DNA of 64,000 bases, taken from positions 1 through 64,000 of IMG/VR virus record IMGVR_UViG_3300042335_000796; one strand, given 5' to 3'. This DNA comes from a virus. Below are positions 40,367-51,396 of this stretch, one piece after another. Each line of letters begins with the position of its first letter. The first letter of the stretch is position 1. The position numbers were made by a program, and so were the translations under genes. The notes below the pieces were generated by a model. That model saw only the letters and a list, made by a program, of their open reading frames with translations. It did not search any database and had not been told where the DNA came from.

Positions 40367-43332
40367 TGGCTAATAATTTTTTCAGATATCCTCCAAGACC
40401 TTCAAGTGGTAATGGTACATTTTCAGATAATATAGTTGGTTTACAAACTGTTGATGGGGGTGGTTTAACTCAAGGTAATTTTGAGTTTACAACATCTATT
40501 ACTGAAAAAATTAATCGTGAGTTTAATACTGGGGTATTTAGTAATCCAATATCATTAAATGATTTAGATTTAAATACTGTTCAAGAGGCGAAAACTATTA
40601 TTGCTAAAGAATTTAAAGTATATCCTAATTATGATTTAAGTGAGGTTACAAAATTTAATTTATATGGGTCATTAACTAAAAGATTATCAGTATCAATACA
40701 AAAAATTATTAATTTTTTTCCAGCATCTTTAGATGTTAGATTAATAAATTCAGACTTTTCAACAGGGTATACTGTAATCAATGTTGTGTATGATTCAATA
40801 GAAAATACTACAACATTCAACATTGATGTAATAAAATTAAATAACCCATTTGATATTGATTATTCAAAAAATGCTGAACGAAATATTTCTGCAAGAGAAT
40901 ATGTAGTATCACCATTAAGAAATTTAACAAAGGAATTTAGGAAATATTCAATTTTTGTTGATGATATTGAATATGATATTTTAATGTTTAGTCCAACTAA
41001 TTCATTATTTCGTGGTCAATTAGAAATTATTGTTAGTGGTAATCCGTTTCCTGGTGAATATTTTTCAGTTAAAGACTTTATAATAAAACCTAATACATTT
41101 TATACTGAAAAAACATTTACTGAAGCATTTGATGAAGTTGAAAGATATCTACTTAATAGACTAATAACGCCAAAATATACTGCACAATTTCAAATTCCTA
41201 AAGAAACTGATGAAGGTTTAAATTATATAAGTTATGAAAACGTTACTTGGCCATTAGAAGGTTCATGGAATTTAGATATAAGAACATTATCTTTTGATAA
41301 TTATTTAAGTAAGATTAGTACAATTGCATCTGATTTAGATACATATCGTACTAATCTAATTTCACGATTTTTAGTAACAGATGCTTTTAAAGAATTTGAT
41401 ACTGATGACCAAAGGGTTTCAAAAATTCTTAACATTTACGGTAGAAGTTTTGATGAAGTTAAAAAATTCATTGATGCTTTAGCATTTATGAATTCTGTAA
41501 ATTATACAACTGGAAATGACATACCATCACAATTATTAAAAAATTTAGCAGAAACATTAGGTTGGAGTACAAATATATCCCCAATATCAGATAGTAATTT
41601 CTTAGATTCAGTTTTTGGGACAAATTCACCATCGATGTTTGGTGGATATTCAATCTCAGAAACACCAACAGAAATTAATTATCAATTTTATAAAAATTTA
41701 ATTCTTAATTCAGCATATCTTTTTAAATCAAAAGGGACTCGTAAGTCTATAGAAGGTTTATTAAGATTAATTGGTGCACCAGAATCATTGGTAGAATTTA
41801 ATGAATATATCTATATTGCTGGTCAACGAATTAATATGTCAGAATTTAACAATCAGTATGCAAGTATTTCTGGAGGGACATATAGTCAAGAGTTACCAGT
41901 TTTAGATAATAATTTAACATTTTCAATATATGGTAAAAAATACTCAGGATTCACATCTGAGGTTATTATATCAGATTCAGATACGTTACAAAGTGATTAT
42001 CCTGTTGATTCTGAAGGATATCCAAAGGCTCCTGAAGATACTGAAGATTTTTATTTCCAAAAAGGTGCAGGTTGGTTTGAGTTAGTTAAAACGCATCAGA
42101 GTCCACAAGTTATTAACCAAACAAATAGTGTTTTTACAGGTCAAACTTTTAGTATTCAAACACAATTTGAACCTTTTACATATGGCGAAAAGTATTTAGA
42201 AAGATTTAGGAGTTTTCCTAATATGACTTTAGGTTTTGATTTAAAAAGAGTTCCTGATAATAAAAAAAGCTGGGGTTATAATGATAATGGTTTAAGAACA
42301 AGTTTTGAAGGTAATCAAAATGCTTATTATTATGTTGGAGATGAAAAATTAGTATTAAATGTTAAGAATGTTGAGTTGTTTTTAAATCCAGCTCAAGGGC
42401 TATTATATGATGTTTGGAGTATGTCAAATAAATATAATTATCCTATACCAAGTTCTGGATTATCTACACCATATCCAACGCCTAATGGTATTGACTGGAC
42501 ATTTATAAATCCCCAACCAAATAAAAAAACATTTTTTGAATTTGCGCAAACGTTTTGGCAAAAAACTATAAATGTAAGAAATCGTTTTTATACATCTGAT
42601 GGTAAAACAAGTGGGTATCCTACGTTACAATCAATTTATTGGGATTATTTAAATTCTGGGCAAGCAATCAATGTGCCGAATGATAACTTTAATTATCGTA
42701 CAATGATAGATTATGTTCAAGGGTTAGGAGATTATTGGGTTAGATTGGTTGAACAGATGATTCCTGCAACAACAATTTGGCAAACAGGAACAAAATTTGA
42801 AAACTCAATATTTCATAGACAAAAATTTGTTTATAGATATCAACGCGGTTGTCAAATTATTCCAGTACCTTGTGAACCATGTATTATTGAAGGTAGTTTA
42901 TTTCCATATGATTGTGTTTTAGAGTCAATATCTTGTCCAATTTATCCATGGTTAAATGGAAATCCTTTAGTTAATTCTTTTTCGGATGTTTTATATCAAT
43001 CTTTAGTTAAATATTTAGCAACACAATCAAAATCAATAAATGATTGTTTAACAAATACTTTAATAACTGACTGGTATATTGATTTAAGAATAGATTCAAA
43101 TATTTTAATTCAACAAAAAATATATACAGGATTTGGTTTAATTGACATACCAACTAATGACTATTGGATAAATCAATTAAATATTTATTTACAGGATTTA
43201 GTTTATTCAGGTTATGATTATATTATACAAGATAATATCTTAACACTATTTAATTTAGGTTGTGAACCGTTTAACGCCAATAAAAACTTCCAATTAAATA
43301 TTGGTTTAGATTTTAAAATAACATGTAATTAA
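40366..43332 (+). CDS. Baseplate wedge protein (gp7/P2 gpI-like core)
   Basis: IPSQLLKNLAETLGW...LILNSAYLFKSKGTRKSIEGLLRLIG. Confidence 0.7.
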   Translation: MANNFFRYPPRPSSGNGTFSDNIVGLQTVDGGGLTQGNFEFTTSITEKINREFNTGVFSNPISLNDLDLNTVQEAKTIIAKEFKVYPNYDLSEVTKFNLYGSLTKRLSVSIQKIINFFPASLDVRLINSDFSTGYTVINVVYDSIENTTTFNIDVIKLNNPFDIDYSKNAERNISAREYVVSPLRNLTKEFRKYSIFVDDIEYDILMFSPTNSLFRGQLEIIVSGNPFPGEYFSVKDFIIKPNTFYTEKTFTEAFDEVERYLLNRLITPKYTAQFQIPKETDEGLNYISYENVTWPLEGSWNLDIRTLSFDNYLSKISTIASDLDTYRTNLISRFLVTDAFKEFDTDDQRVSKILNIYGRSFDEVKKFIDALAFMNSVNYTTGNDIPSQLLKNLAETLGWSTNISPISDSNFLDSVFGTNSPSMFGGYSISETPTEINYQFYKNLILNSAYLFKSKGTRKSIEGLLRLIGAPESLVEFNEYIYIAGQRINMSEFNNQYASISGGTYSQELPVLDNNLTFSIYGKKYSGFTSEVIISDSDTLQSDYPVDSEGYPKAPEDTEDFYFQKGAGWFELVKTHQSPQVINQTNSVFTGQTFSIQTQFEPFTYGEKYLERFRSFPNMTLGFDLKRVPDNKKSWGYNDNGLRTSFEGNQNAYYYVGDEKLVLNVKNVELFLNPAQGLLYDVWSMSNKYNYPIPSSGLSTPYPTPNGIDWTFINPQPNKKTFFEFAQTFWQKTINVRNRFYTSDGKTSGYPTLQSIYWDYLNSGQAINVPNDNFNYRTMIDYVQGLGDYWVRLVEQMIPATTIWQTGTKFENSIFHRQKFVYRYQRGCQIIPVPCEPCIIEGSLFPYDCVLESISCPIYPWLNGNPLVNSFSDVLYQSLVKYLATQSKSINDCLTNTLITDWYIDLRIDSNILIQQKIYTGFGLIDIPTNDYWINQLNIYLQDLVYSGYDYIIQDNILTLFNLGCEPFNANKNFQLNIGLDFKITCN

Positions 43333-45449
43333 TGGCAATATTTTATTCAACATCAATAACTGGAGATTGTCAGAATTTAAGTTCTGGTACAATTATTTTA
43401 TATCCTTCTGGAGGAACCTCTCCATATACTGTGGATTGGTATAATCCAAATTTAGGGGTTGATACTTTGGTTACGACAGGTTCTACAAGAACCTCGTTAT
43501 CAGCAGGAACATATCAAATTTTAATTACTGATTCAACAACACCAATAAATGAATATTTATATGTTAACTTAGTAATATCTTCAGGAGTTTGTACGTCAAT
43601 AGCAGCATCTAAAGATACAACATGTAATGATGAAAATGGTTCAATAACCGCAACAACTGTAAGTTCATATACACCAATTACTTATAATTTATATAGTCAA
43701 TCTTCAGGAAATTTAATACAATCATCAACAACATTTGATTCGTCTTATATTTTCAATAATTTAAGTGCTGATACATATTATATTGATGTATTTGATGGCG
43801 GTGGATGTTCAGGAAATACTGGAACATGTATAATATCACCATCATCAGCATTTACATGCGGATTATTTATTGTTAACAATTCAGGGTGCGCGGGTACAAA
43901 TTCTGGAGCATTATATGTTACAGGTCAAACTGGAACACCACCATATACTTATTTGTGGTCAACAAGTCAAACTACAGAATCAATAAAAAATTTACCAAAT
44001 GGTAATTATTCAGTTGTTGTTACAGATTCTAATGGTTGTTCAGTAACTTTAAGTACAAATATTGAATCAATATTACCGTTAGGTATTATTAACTTTGTTC
44101 AAAATCCTCCAACATGTTTTGATTCTAATGGGTCAATAACAATAAATGTTTCTGGGGGTACAGCACCATATTATTATCAATTATCAAATGGTTCTGGAAT
44201 AATTAGTTATTCAAGCTCATATACCTTTACAAATTTATCATCAGGTTTATATACCGCAACAATAACTGATGCAGCATTATGTACAACAAGTGGTTCTACA
44301 ACATTACTTTCACCAGATTCTTTTTCAGTTGTTGGGGTTGTTGTAACAAACTCAACGTGTTCACAAAATAATGGGGTAATTACAATTAATGTTCTTGGTG
44401 GTAATACACCTTATACATATAGTATTGATGATACTTTTGGTAATATTATAACATCGGCATCAACATCCCCAACAATACAATTTACAAATTTATCAAGTGG
44501 ATTTTATGTAGTTAAAATAACAAATTCAAGTGCATGTGAATATATTACTACAGTGTATGTTAACAATTCATCAACATTTAATGCTACAGCATCAAAAATA
44601 GATACAAGTTGTGGTTTAAATAATGGTGAAATTGCGTTAGAAGTTTCAACAAATGGTATATATACATATCAAGTAAATGATAATATAATTTCTAATACAA
44701 CACAGACAGGTGTTACATTTACAAATTTAGCATCTGGTTTATATAATGTTTTAATTACAGATTCTTCAGGTTGCACATTTAATACATCAGTTTTAATACT
44801 TTCAAGTTCGCCAGTTGAATTCGGTTTTAATACTGTTGAATGTGGTTCAGGTTCAGAAGGTGCTATAACAGCATTAATTACAAATGGTGTACCGCCTTTC
44901 ACATTAAATTGGTCATCAAATGTTGGGGGCCAATCTGGAATTTATGTTACAGGTTTAACTGCTGGCACATATACATTGACAGTAACAGATAATAATAATT
45001 GTTCGTTAACAAAATCAACAGAAATAACTTGTAAAGAATCAAATGTTACATATGAATTATTTAATATTTGTGAAGGTAATTTTATTCAAACAGAATCTTC
45101 TAAAACTGGATTAATTCAATTATTAAATCAGGGTTTTGATGATTTAATTGATACTGAAACTGATTGTCGATTACAAAAAGCAGATTTTACAATTATAGTT
45201 GAAGTTGGGGTAACTCAATATTCATCCACTTTTTATACATCAACATCATTATTAGATGTACCAACTGATGAAGATTATGCCAACACATTGAATAACATAT
45301 TAATTGGAATAACAGGTATTGGTGTAGTATTTATTGAACCTTTAACTAATAGTATTAAAATAAACACCGATTGTGAGAAAATTCTTGCAAATAATAAAAT
45401 TAAAATATCATTAAAAATAACTTATGATATTTGTTGTGTAAGTTTATAA
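43332..45449 (+). CDS. SprB-repeat, Cys-rich fibre/adhesin-like protein
   Basis: About 7 repeats such as TC..NGSITINVSGGTAPYYY...FTNLSSGLYTATITDAALC. Confidence 0.75.
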   Translation: MAIFYSTSITGDCQNLSSGTIILYPSGGTSPYTVDWYNPNLGVDTLVTTGSTRTSLSAGTYQILITDSTTPINEYLYVNLVISSGVCTSIAASKDTTCNDENGSITATTVSSYTPITYNLYSQSSGNLIQSSTTFDSSYIFNNLSADTYYIDVFDGGGCSGNTGTCIISPSSAFTCGLFIVNNSGCAGTNSGALYVTGQTGTPPYTYLWSTSQTTESIKNLPNGNYSVVVTDSNGCSVTLSTNIESILPLGIINFVQNPPTCFDSNGSITINVSGGTAPYYYQLSNGSGIISYSSSYTFTNLSSGLYTATITDAALCTTSGSTTLLSPDSFSVVGVVVTNSTCSQNNGVITINVLGGNTPYTYSIDDTFGNIITSASTSPTIQFTNLSSGFYVVKITNSSACEYITTVYVNNSSTFNATASKIDTSCGLNNGEIALEVSTNGIYTYQVNDNIISNTTQTGVTFTNLASGLYNVLITDSSGCTFNTSVLILSSSPVEFGFNTVECGSGSEGAITALITNGVPPFTLNWSSNVGGQSGIYVTGLTAGTYTLTVTDNNNCSLTKSTEITCKESNVTYELFNICEGNFIQTESSKTGLIQLLNQGFDDLIDTETDCRLQKADFTIIVEVGVTQYSSTFYTSTSLLDVPTDEDYANTLNNILIGITGIGVVFIEPLTNSIKINTDCEKILANNKIKISLKITYDICCVSL

Positions 45450-45452
45450 AAA

Positions 45453-45671
45453 ATGAGTTCACAAATTATAATTAGCGGAATAACTGGAACATCACCATAT
45501 AATATATATGTTTGTGATACTCTCGGAACTAATTGTCAATATATTGGGGTATTTACAACAGTGCCACAGACAATTATTTTGCCATCAACTTTTACATATG
45601 CTCCAGCAGTTTTAATTAGAATTATTGATTATAATTTATGTGTAATGGAGCAAATTAAAACTTGTACATAA
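45453..45671 (+). CDS. Small Cys-containing beta-module protein (paralog A)
   Basis: ITGTSPYNIYVCD..GTNCQYI...IIDYNLC. Confidence 0.7.
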   Translation: MSSQIIISGITGTSPYNIYVCDTLGTNCQYIGVFTTVPQTIILPSTFTYAPAVLIRIIDYNLCVMEQIKTCT

Positions 45672-45685
45672 TATATTTAGAATAA

Positions 45686-45907
45686 ATGGCTAAACAAATA
45701 ACAATTACAAATATTGTTGGTACTGAACCCTATAATATTTATTTATGTGATAATTTATATAATAATTGCATCTATATAGCAACAATATCAAATATTGATA
45801 TTCCATATAATTTTATTGTTCCTACGGCTTTCGAAGCATTATCTACAGTTGGTGTTAAAATAATTGATGCAAATAACTGTGAAATTAAAGACACTATAAC
45901 AATTTAA
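45686..45907 (+). CDS. Small Cys-containing beta-module protein (paralog B)
   Basis: IVGTEPYNIYLCD..YNNCIYI...IIDANNC. Confidence 0.7.
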   Translation: MAKQITITNIVGTEPYNIYLCDNLYNNCIYIATISNIDIPYNFIVPTAFEALSTVGVKIIDANNCEIKDTITI

Positions 45908-45909
45908 TT

Positions 45910-47166
45910 ATGACAATTTTTGTTTCGGGATGCTGTGATAATAAAGTATATAAACTTAAATCAGAAACTTCTTTAAATGTTGGTAATGTTATAAGTTTAA
46001 ATCCTAATAATTATTGCTATACAGCAATAAATCAACCATCTTTTCAAACATCATTTAGTATTTTAGATGATAGTTTAGGGTTTTCAGTATTAAGTGGTGT
46101 AACTGGATGTACAAGTCAATATTGTTTACCTTGTTCAGGATATACTGGAACATCAACAACTAACGAATGTAATGTAATTACATTATTTAGCCTTGGTGTG
46201 GAGTGTGTTTCAGTAAATCCAACAATATCAAATCCAAATAGTGGAATTTTGTCTGTTAATGTAACAGGTGGAACAGCCCCATATACAATAATTTGGGAGT
46301 CTCCAAGTGGCCAAACTTTTACAGGTCAAACAATATATAATAAAAGTGAAGGATTTTATAAAGTAACAGTGTATGACAAATGGAAAGATTATGTTGTTGT
46401 TACAGGATGTACATTAGCATTACCAACAGATTGTGTATTTAGCGGTAGTGTTGTACCATTCTATACGCCAACAGCAACTCCAACACCGACACCTACACCT
46501 ACACCAACAGCAACACCTACGCCAACTGTTACGCCAACCCCAACACCTACGCCAACATCTGGGCCAATCCCAACTCCAACAGCGACTTCAACAATAACTT
46601 GTACACAATGGTATTATTCAACAAACTTTGGTGAAGATACGATAAATTATGTTGATTGTGCGGGTGTAACACAAGCTTTAGTAATTTCACAATATGAAAG
46701 TGGATTTATTTGTGTTAGAGATGGTAGTCCAGCACCATATTGGTCAATAAATATACCAGGTAATATTTTAACAGCTCTTGGATACGCTTGTGTACCAGCA
46801 ACAACAACAACAACAACATTATCATTTACGCCAATTATATTATATTCTGCAGTAACAATTAGTGGAACTAAATATGTATTAACAGGTGAGACCAGTGAAT
46901 TAGCTGTTAAAAATTTATGGAATGATATAAATAAAGCCTCAGACCATGGTTATACATTCTATATAACAACAGGATTTGCTACAGGGGTACAATTATATTA
47001 TTTAGATTTAATGGCATTACAATATTATCCATGGACAGATGGTGGCTATTGGGTTGCTGCACCGACTGTTGGAAATCCAATAGGGTTATTAGTTAATGGT
47101 GATAAATATGTTGTAACATTAAATTCTGGTAGCGTTGATACCATAACAAATTTTAATAGTATATAA
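45910..47166 (+). CDS. Cys-rich fibre-like protein with an SprB-like repeat and a Pro-Thr linker
   Basis: VTGGTAPYT; (PT)n linker; poly-Thr. Confidence 0.65.
   Translation: MTIFVSGCCDNKVYKLKSETSLNVGNVISLNPNNYCYTAINQPSFQTSFSILDDSLGFSVLSGVTGCTSQYCLPCSGYTGTSTTNECNVITLFSLGVECVSVNPTISNPNSGILSVNVTGGTAPYTIIWESPSGQTFTGQTIYNKSEGFYKVTVYDKWKDYVVVTGCTLALPTDCVFSGSVVPFYTPTATPTPTPTPTPTATPTPTVTPTPTPTPTSGPIPTPTATSTITCTQWYYSTNFGEDTINYVDCAGVTQALVISQYESGFICVRDGSPAPYWSINIPGNILTALGYACVPATTTTTTLSFTPIILYSAVTISGTKYVLTGETSELAVKNLWNDINKASDHGYTFYITTGFATGVQLYYLDLMALQYYPWTDGGYWVAAPTVGNPIGLLVNGDKYVVTLNSGSVDTITNFNSI
46465..46593 (+). repeat. Low-complexity Pro-Thr coding repeat
   Basis: TPTATPTPTPTPTPTATPTPTVTPTPTPTPTSGPIPTPTATST, with varied wobble bases. 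Confidence 0.9.
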
Positions 47167-48497
47167 TGAATCAATATTATACAATACAAATAACTGGTGG
47201 AACACCAATAGGTACTTATAGCATATTTTATAATACTATTGGCGTTGGGAATTATGCATTATTATATCCAACATTAAATATCGCATCAGGAATTACTTTA
47301 TCAGAATTAATTACTGGAACAACCATTCAAGTTCCAGAACCAACTAATAAAATATATTTATTCAATGAAAATTGTTCAACATTTCAAGAATTTATTGTAT
47401 CACCACCAGATGAACAATATCCATGTTTATGTTTAACAATTACGGAATTGTCACCACTGAGTACAACTTCATTAGATTTTTGTTATTCAGGGGTTACAAC
47501 AAATTCTAAACCTGAATATACAAATTCAAGTGGATATACAATATATTGGAATACTTTAGGTTATTGGGAATTAAGTGGATATACAATTAATGGTGGGTCA
47601 ACAGTTTTAAGGTCAACATATTCAAGTAATATTCCAGATTCTGCTTGGAATGCTTATGGGTTAAATGCATTTAATTATTCAATAAATGTTATACAAGGAG
47701 AATGTACATCACAAATTACACCAATATTATTGAAGTTAGATTTAAATGTTCCAACATGTGAGGGAATTTCTGATGGTTCAGTTATAGCGTTAGCAACAGG
47801 TGGTAGTGGAGGATTTACATATTCGTTGGATGGAATTTTATATTTAAATAATACAGGAATTTTCACAGGTTTAAGTGGTGGAACATATACAATATATGCT
47901 AAAGATTCTATTGGTTCAATATATAATCAATCTTTCACAATAAATTCACCAACAATTAATTATATATCTATAGGTGCAAATTCAACAACACAAATCAAAT
48001 TATATACTCTTGGTAATATGTCGTATTATTTGGTTAATATAATTTATGATACAAGTACAATACCTTCAGGTACAACTGTTGTTGTTAATTTACAAGAAGT
48101 TATTAATTTAACATATAGTGAACCTGGACAAGTTCTTTTTGATACGTCATTAATTAAAGTTTTTAAAAATAGTTCACAATTAAGTCTTACAACATCTGGT
48201 TCAACAGCGTTATCAATAGCTTCACCATTACCATGTAATCCATTATTATTTAATAAGTATGTTGGTAATTCGATATATAATTATAATAATATTAGTTTAC
48301 AAAAAGGTGATTCATTAATTGTTGAAGCAATTTACGGAATTGATGTTGATACTAATGGTGGTGTTAGTGGTAGTTGTATAACACAAGCACAAGTAAATGT
48401 TGAATCAAACTTAACAATTGTATCATATGATTGCACATGTTGTGAAATTAATAACATTTCAATAACAGAAAATGGAATACCAATTATTTATAGTTAA
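47166..48497 (+). CDS. Cys-rich fibre-like protein with an SprB-like repeat
   Basis: PTCEGISDGSV..ATGGSGGFTYSLDG...FTGLSGGTYTIYAKDS. Confidence 0.65.
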   Translation: MNQYYTIQITGGTPIGTYSIFYNTIGVGNYALLYPTLNIASGITLSELITGTTIQVPEPTNKIYLFNENCSTFQEFIVSPPDEQYPCLCLTITELSPLSTTSLDFCYSGVTTNSKPEYTNSSGYTIYWNTLGYWELSGYTINGGSTVLRSTYSSNIPDSAWNAYGLNAFNYSINVIQGECTSQITPILLKLDLNVPTCEGISDGSVIALATGGSGGFTYSLDGILYLNNTGIFTGLSGGTYTIYAKDSIGSIYNQSFTINSPTINYISIGANSTTQIKLYTLGNMSYYLVNIIYDTSTIPSGTTVVVNLQEVINLTYSEPGQVLFDTSLIKVFKNSSQLSLTTSGSTALSIASPLPCNPLLFNKYVGNSIYNYNNISLQKGDSLIVEAIYGIDVDTNGGVSGSCITQAQVNVESNLTIVSYDCTCCEINNISITENGIPIIYS

Positions 48498-48510
48498 ATG
48501 AGAAATTAAA

Positions 48511-50727
48511 ATGGGATATATAATTAAAAATACTTCAGGTTTATTAAATACAAGAATCACAGATATGGGTAGAAAAAAACTATCCGAAGGTAGATTTAAT
48601 ATTAGTTATTTTCAAGTTGGTGATAGTGAAATATTATACAATTTAATACCTAATTATAATCAAGCTGATAACTACGTTTTGGAGCCAGCATATAACGCTC
48701 AAAATGGGGACCAACAACCTCAAACAAATAAAGCTAATATAAAATATCCAATAAAAGTGCAAGGGCCAGTTGTTGTAGTTGCCAGTGATAATACTTATGG
48801 AATACCTTTTAGAGATTCTCAAGTTAGTCCAGTATTCAATACTGCAGCACCAAAAGGATTTTTTAGTGGAAGCCCAAGCGGATACACAGCATATACTTCA
48901 TCAGCATATACAATCACTTCAAATTATATGGTTGAAATGTGTTCATTATGTGGAACTGATATTATGACAATAATTCCAGATTTTTGTTCACCAACAACTG
49001 GAACGCCATCAGTAAATGATTTTGTAACAATATTTTTTGATGCTTCTGGAAGTTGTGGTAATATTGTTGGAGATTTCCCAATATTAACATATAAAGTACA
49101 AGGTGTTACAGGAACAACAATTCAAGTAGACAGAAATCTACCATATTTTAGTGGAATAAGTTGTTGCGGTAATGCCAGAGCAATTTTCTATCCATCAGGT
49201 ATGACAGTTTTATACGATACTGCAACACCTCAAGGATATTGGCCACCAAATGTTTTAGATTTTGAAACAATATGTGAAATTAGTGAAATTGATGTTCCAG
49301 TCTGGAATATGAATATTCCATGGTCAGTAAATCCTGCAGGATTATTATCAACTGTAAGTGAAGGATTTCAAAAATTTGGTTCACGAGAGTATTTGGGAAC
49401 TAAAGAATATTTAGGGTATCAATCCATATCAGGTCAAAGTTTTTATGTTACACCTATTTTTACATCAGAAACTACTAACACGTATTTTTATAATTCATTT
49501 GATGAACCAATTTTTGTACAACCTTATGAGCAAAAAACGATAGCAATTGTGCATTTTACAAATAACGCTATTGATACATTTTATGGTGAAAAATTTGCAA
49601 CTGAACCTTTTGATATTGGTGCATTGGACCCAACAGGATTTGCAAGGAATTTTAAAGTAACGATACCTTGGTTAATGTGGCATAAGACAAAAACTGGAAT
49701 AATGGGTGAAACTTTTTATATTGACCCACAAGTCGGTTCTGAAAATTACTTAGATATCAAATATATGAAATCAAGTAGGAATGAAGACATGAATGAACCT
49801 GGCTTAAGATATTATCATTTATGGGATACACATCTTAATGATGATTCCAATCCAAGTAGGGTTGGTAAAGTTTTTCCAGATTTAAAAATTATTGTGTTTG
49901 ATGATGAAGAAATTGTTGCAGCAATGTCATATAAAGCAAATCGAAATTGGACATTACCAGCCCCTAAATTATTTTTGGTAACACCAAATACTTGTGATAC
50001 AACAGATGATGATTTTGGGTTGCTTGGTAATAATGATGAATATTTATATGTCACATATAGATTTAATACAACAAGTGGTTTAACAAACTCATTACACTGT
50101 AATTATTACGTTAAAATTCAGGGACCATCTGAAGATTGTACGACATCAAGACAAGATGTTTCAGTTAAATTTGGTGACGAGTTTTTTTTCCTAAAAGATT
50201 GTTGTCCACAAGGGTATAGTGCTAACGAATTTATGATATTAGCACAAGTTGTTACAGGTTCAACAACTCAACCTGACCCTGAAAACTGGAGAATTATTGA
50301 TTATACTAACCAATTAAGTGGGTCGTCAATAAATGGATATATTCAAGCTTCAGGAATGACAGCATCAACATTTACAATATCATACAATCAATATAATAAT
50401 GCTGGAATATATAATTTGGCCGATTATTTAACATTACCTGTACCATTTGGTGAAGAATTTAAATTAAATTTTGGGGATGAATATTATTTTTATGGTAACA
50501 TTCAAACTGATATTCAAGCAACAATTTATGAAATGAAATATTTGTGTAATTTACAACAAACACAATTTTTAACCAGTACAAATCCTACTTGGACATTAAA
50601 TGATGATATTTATATTACTGAAATTGGCTTATTTGACTCTGATAAAGATTTAATGGTAATCACTAAATTACAACAACCTGTAAAGAGACAAGGAACTCAA
50701 CAGTTTGCTATTAAATTAGATTTTTAA
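48511..50727 (+). CDS. Tail collar/fibre-attachment-like structural protein
   Basis: N-terminal ITDMGRKKL..YFQVGD and C-terminal YITEIGLFD..LMVITKLQQPVK, resembling a split tail-collar fibre domain. Confidence 0.6.
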   Translation: MGYIIKNTSGLLNTRITDMGRKKLSEGRFNISYFQVGDSEILYNLIPNYNQADNYVLEPAYNAQNGDQQPQTNKANIKYPIKVQGPVVVVASDNTYGIPFRDSQVSPVFNTAAPKGFFSGSPSGYTAYTSSAYTITSNYMVEMCSLCGTDIMTIIPDFCSPTTGTPSVNDFVTIFFDASGSCGNIVGDFPILTYKVQGVTGTTIQVDRNLPYFSGISCCGNARAIFYPSGMTVLYDTATPQGYWPPNVLDFETICEISEIDVPVWNMNIPWSVNPAGLLSTVSEGFQKFGSREYLGTKEYLGYQSISGQSFYVTPIFTSETTNTYFYNSFDEPIFVQPYEQKTIAIVHFTNNAIDTFYGEKFATEPFDIGALDPTGFARNFKVTIPWLMWHKTKTGIMGETFYIDPQVGSENYLDIKYMKSSRNEDMNEPGLRYYHLWDTHLNDDSNPSRVGKVFPDLKIIVFDDEEIVAAMSYKANRNWTLPAPKLFLVTPNTCDTTDDDFGLLGNNDEYLYVTYRFNTTSGLTNSLHCNYYVKIQGPSEDCTTSRQDVSVKFGDEFFFLKDCCPQGYSANEFMILAQVVTGSTTQPDPENWRIIDYTNQLSGSSINGYIQASGMTASTFTISYNQYNNAGIYNLADYLTLPVPFGEEFKLNFGDEYYFYGNIQTDIQATIYEMKYLCNLQQTQFLTSTNPTWTLNDDIYITEIGLFDSDKDLMVITKLQQPVKRQGTQQFAIKLDF

Positions 50728-50767
50728 AATATTTACTAAAGAATTTTATTTTTTATATTAAATATAA

Positions 50768-51367
50768 ATGAAACTAAAATTAAAAAACAATCCTAAAATA
50801 TTGGGGCTTGATGTTTCAACAACAACAATAGGTTGGGCTTTATTTGATGTTGTTACTCAAGAACTATTAGAATTAACACATATTTCGCCAAAATCCAAAC
50901 CAAAGAAAGAAAATAAGATGGAAGAGCTTTTGGTTAAGGCTAAAATGTTTAGGACAAAATTGGAAGAATATAAAAATCTTGGGATTACATATATTGTAAT
51001 TGAAGAGCCGTTATTACAATCAAATAACATTTATACTGTTGGTACCTTGTTAAGGTATAATACTCTAATTATGAAAGAGTGTTATGATGTCTTAGGTATA
51101 ATACCAGATTTTATATCTACATATAACTCAAGGAAATTTGCATTTCCAGAATTGGTTCAAAAAAATGATAAAGGTAAATTTGTATTGTTTGGCGGATTAC
51201 CAAAAAATATTGATAAAAAACATATAATTTGGGAGAAAGTTGCACAAAGGGAACCACAAATAACTTGGTTATATACAAAAAATAATACATTAAAAAAAGA
51301 AAATTATGATTCAACTGATGCATATTCTGCAGCACTTGGCTACATGAAAAGTAAAAATATTTGGTAA
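50768..51367 (+). CDS. RuvC-like Holliday junction resolvase
   Basis: ILGLDVSTTTIGWA, IVIEEP, YDSTDAY. Confidence 0.8.
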   Translation: MKLKLKNNPKILGLDVSTTTIGWALFDVVTQELLELTHISPKSKPKKENKMEELLVKAKMFRTKLEEYKNLGITYIVIEEPLLQSNNIYTVGTLLRYNTLIMKECYDVLGIIPDFISTYNSRKFAFPELVQKNDKGKFVLFGGLPKNIDKKHIIWEKVAQREPQITWLYTKNNTLKKENYDSTDAYSAALGYMKSKNIW

Positions 51368-51396
51368 TTTGATTTTATTTACCTAATATTGTAGTT

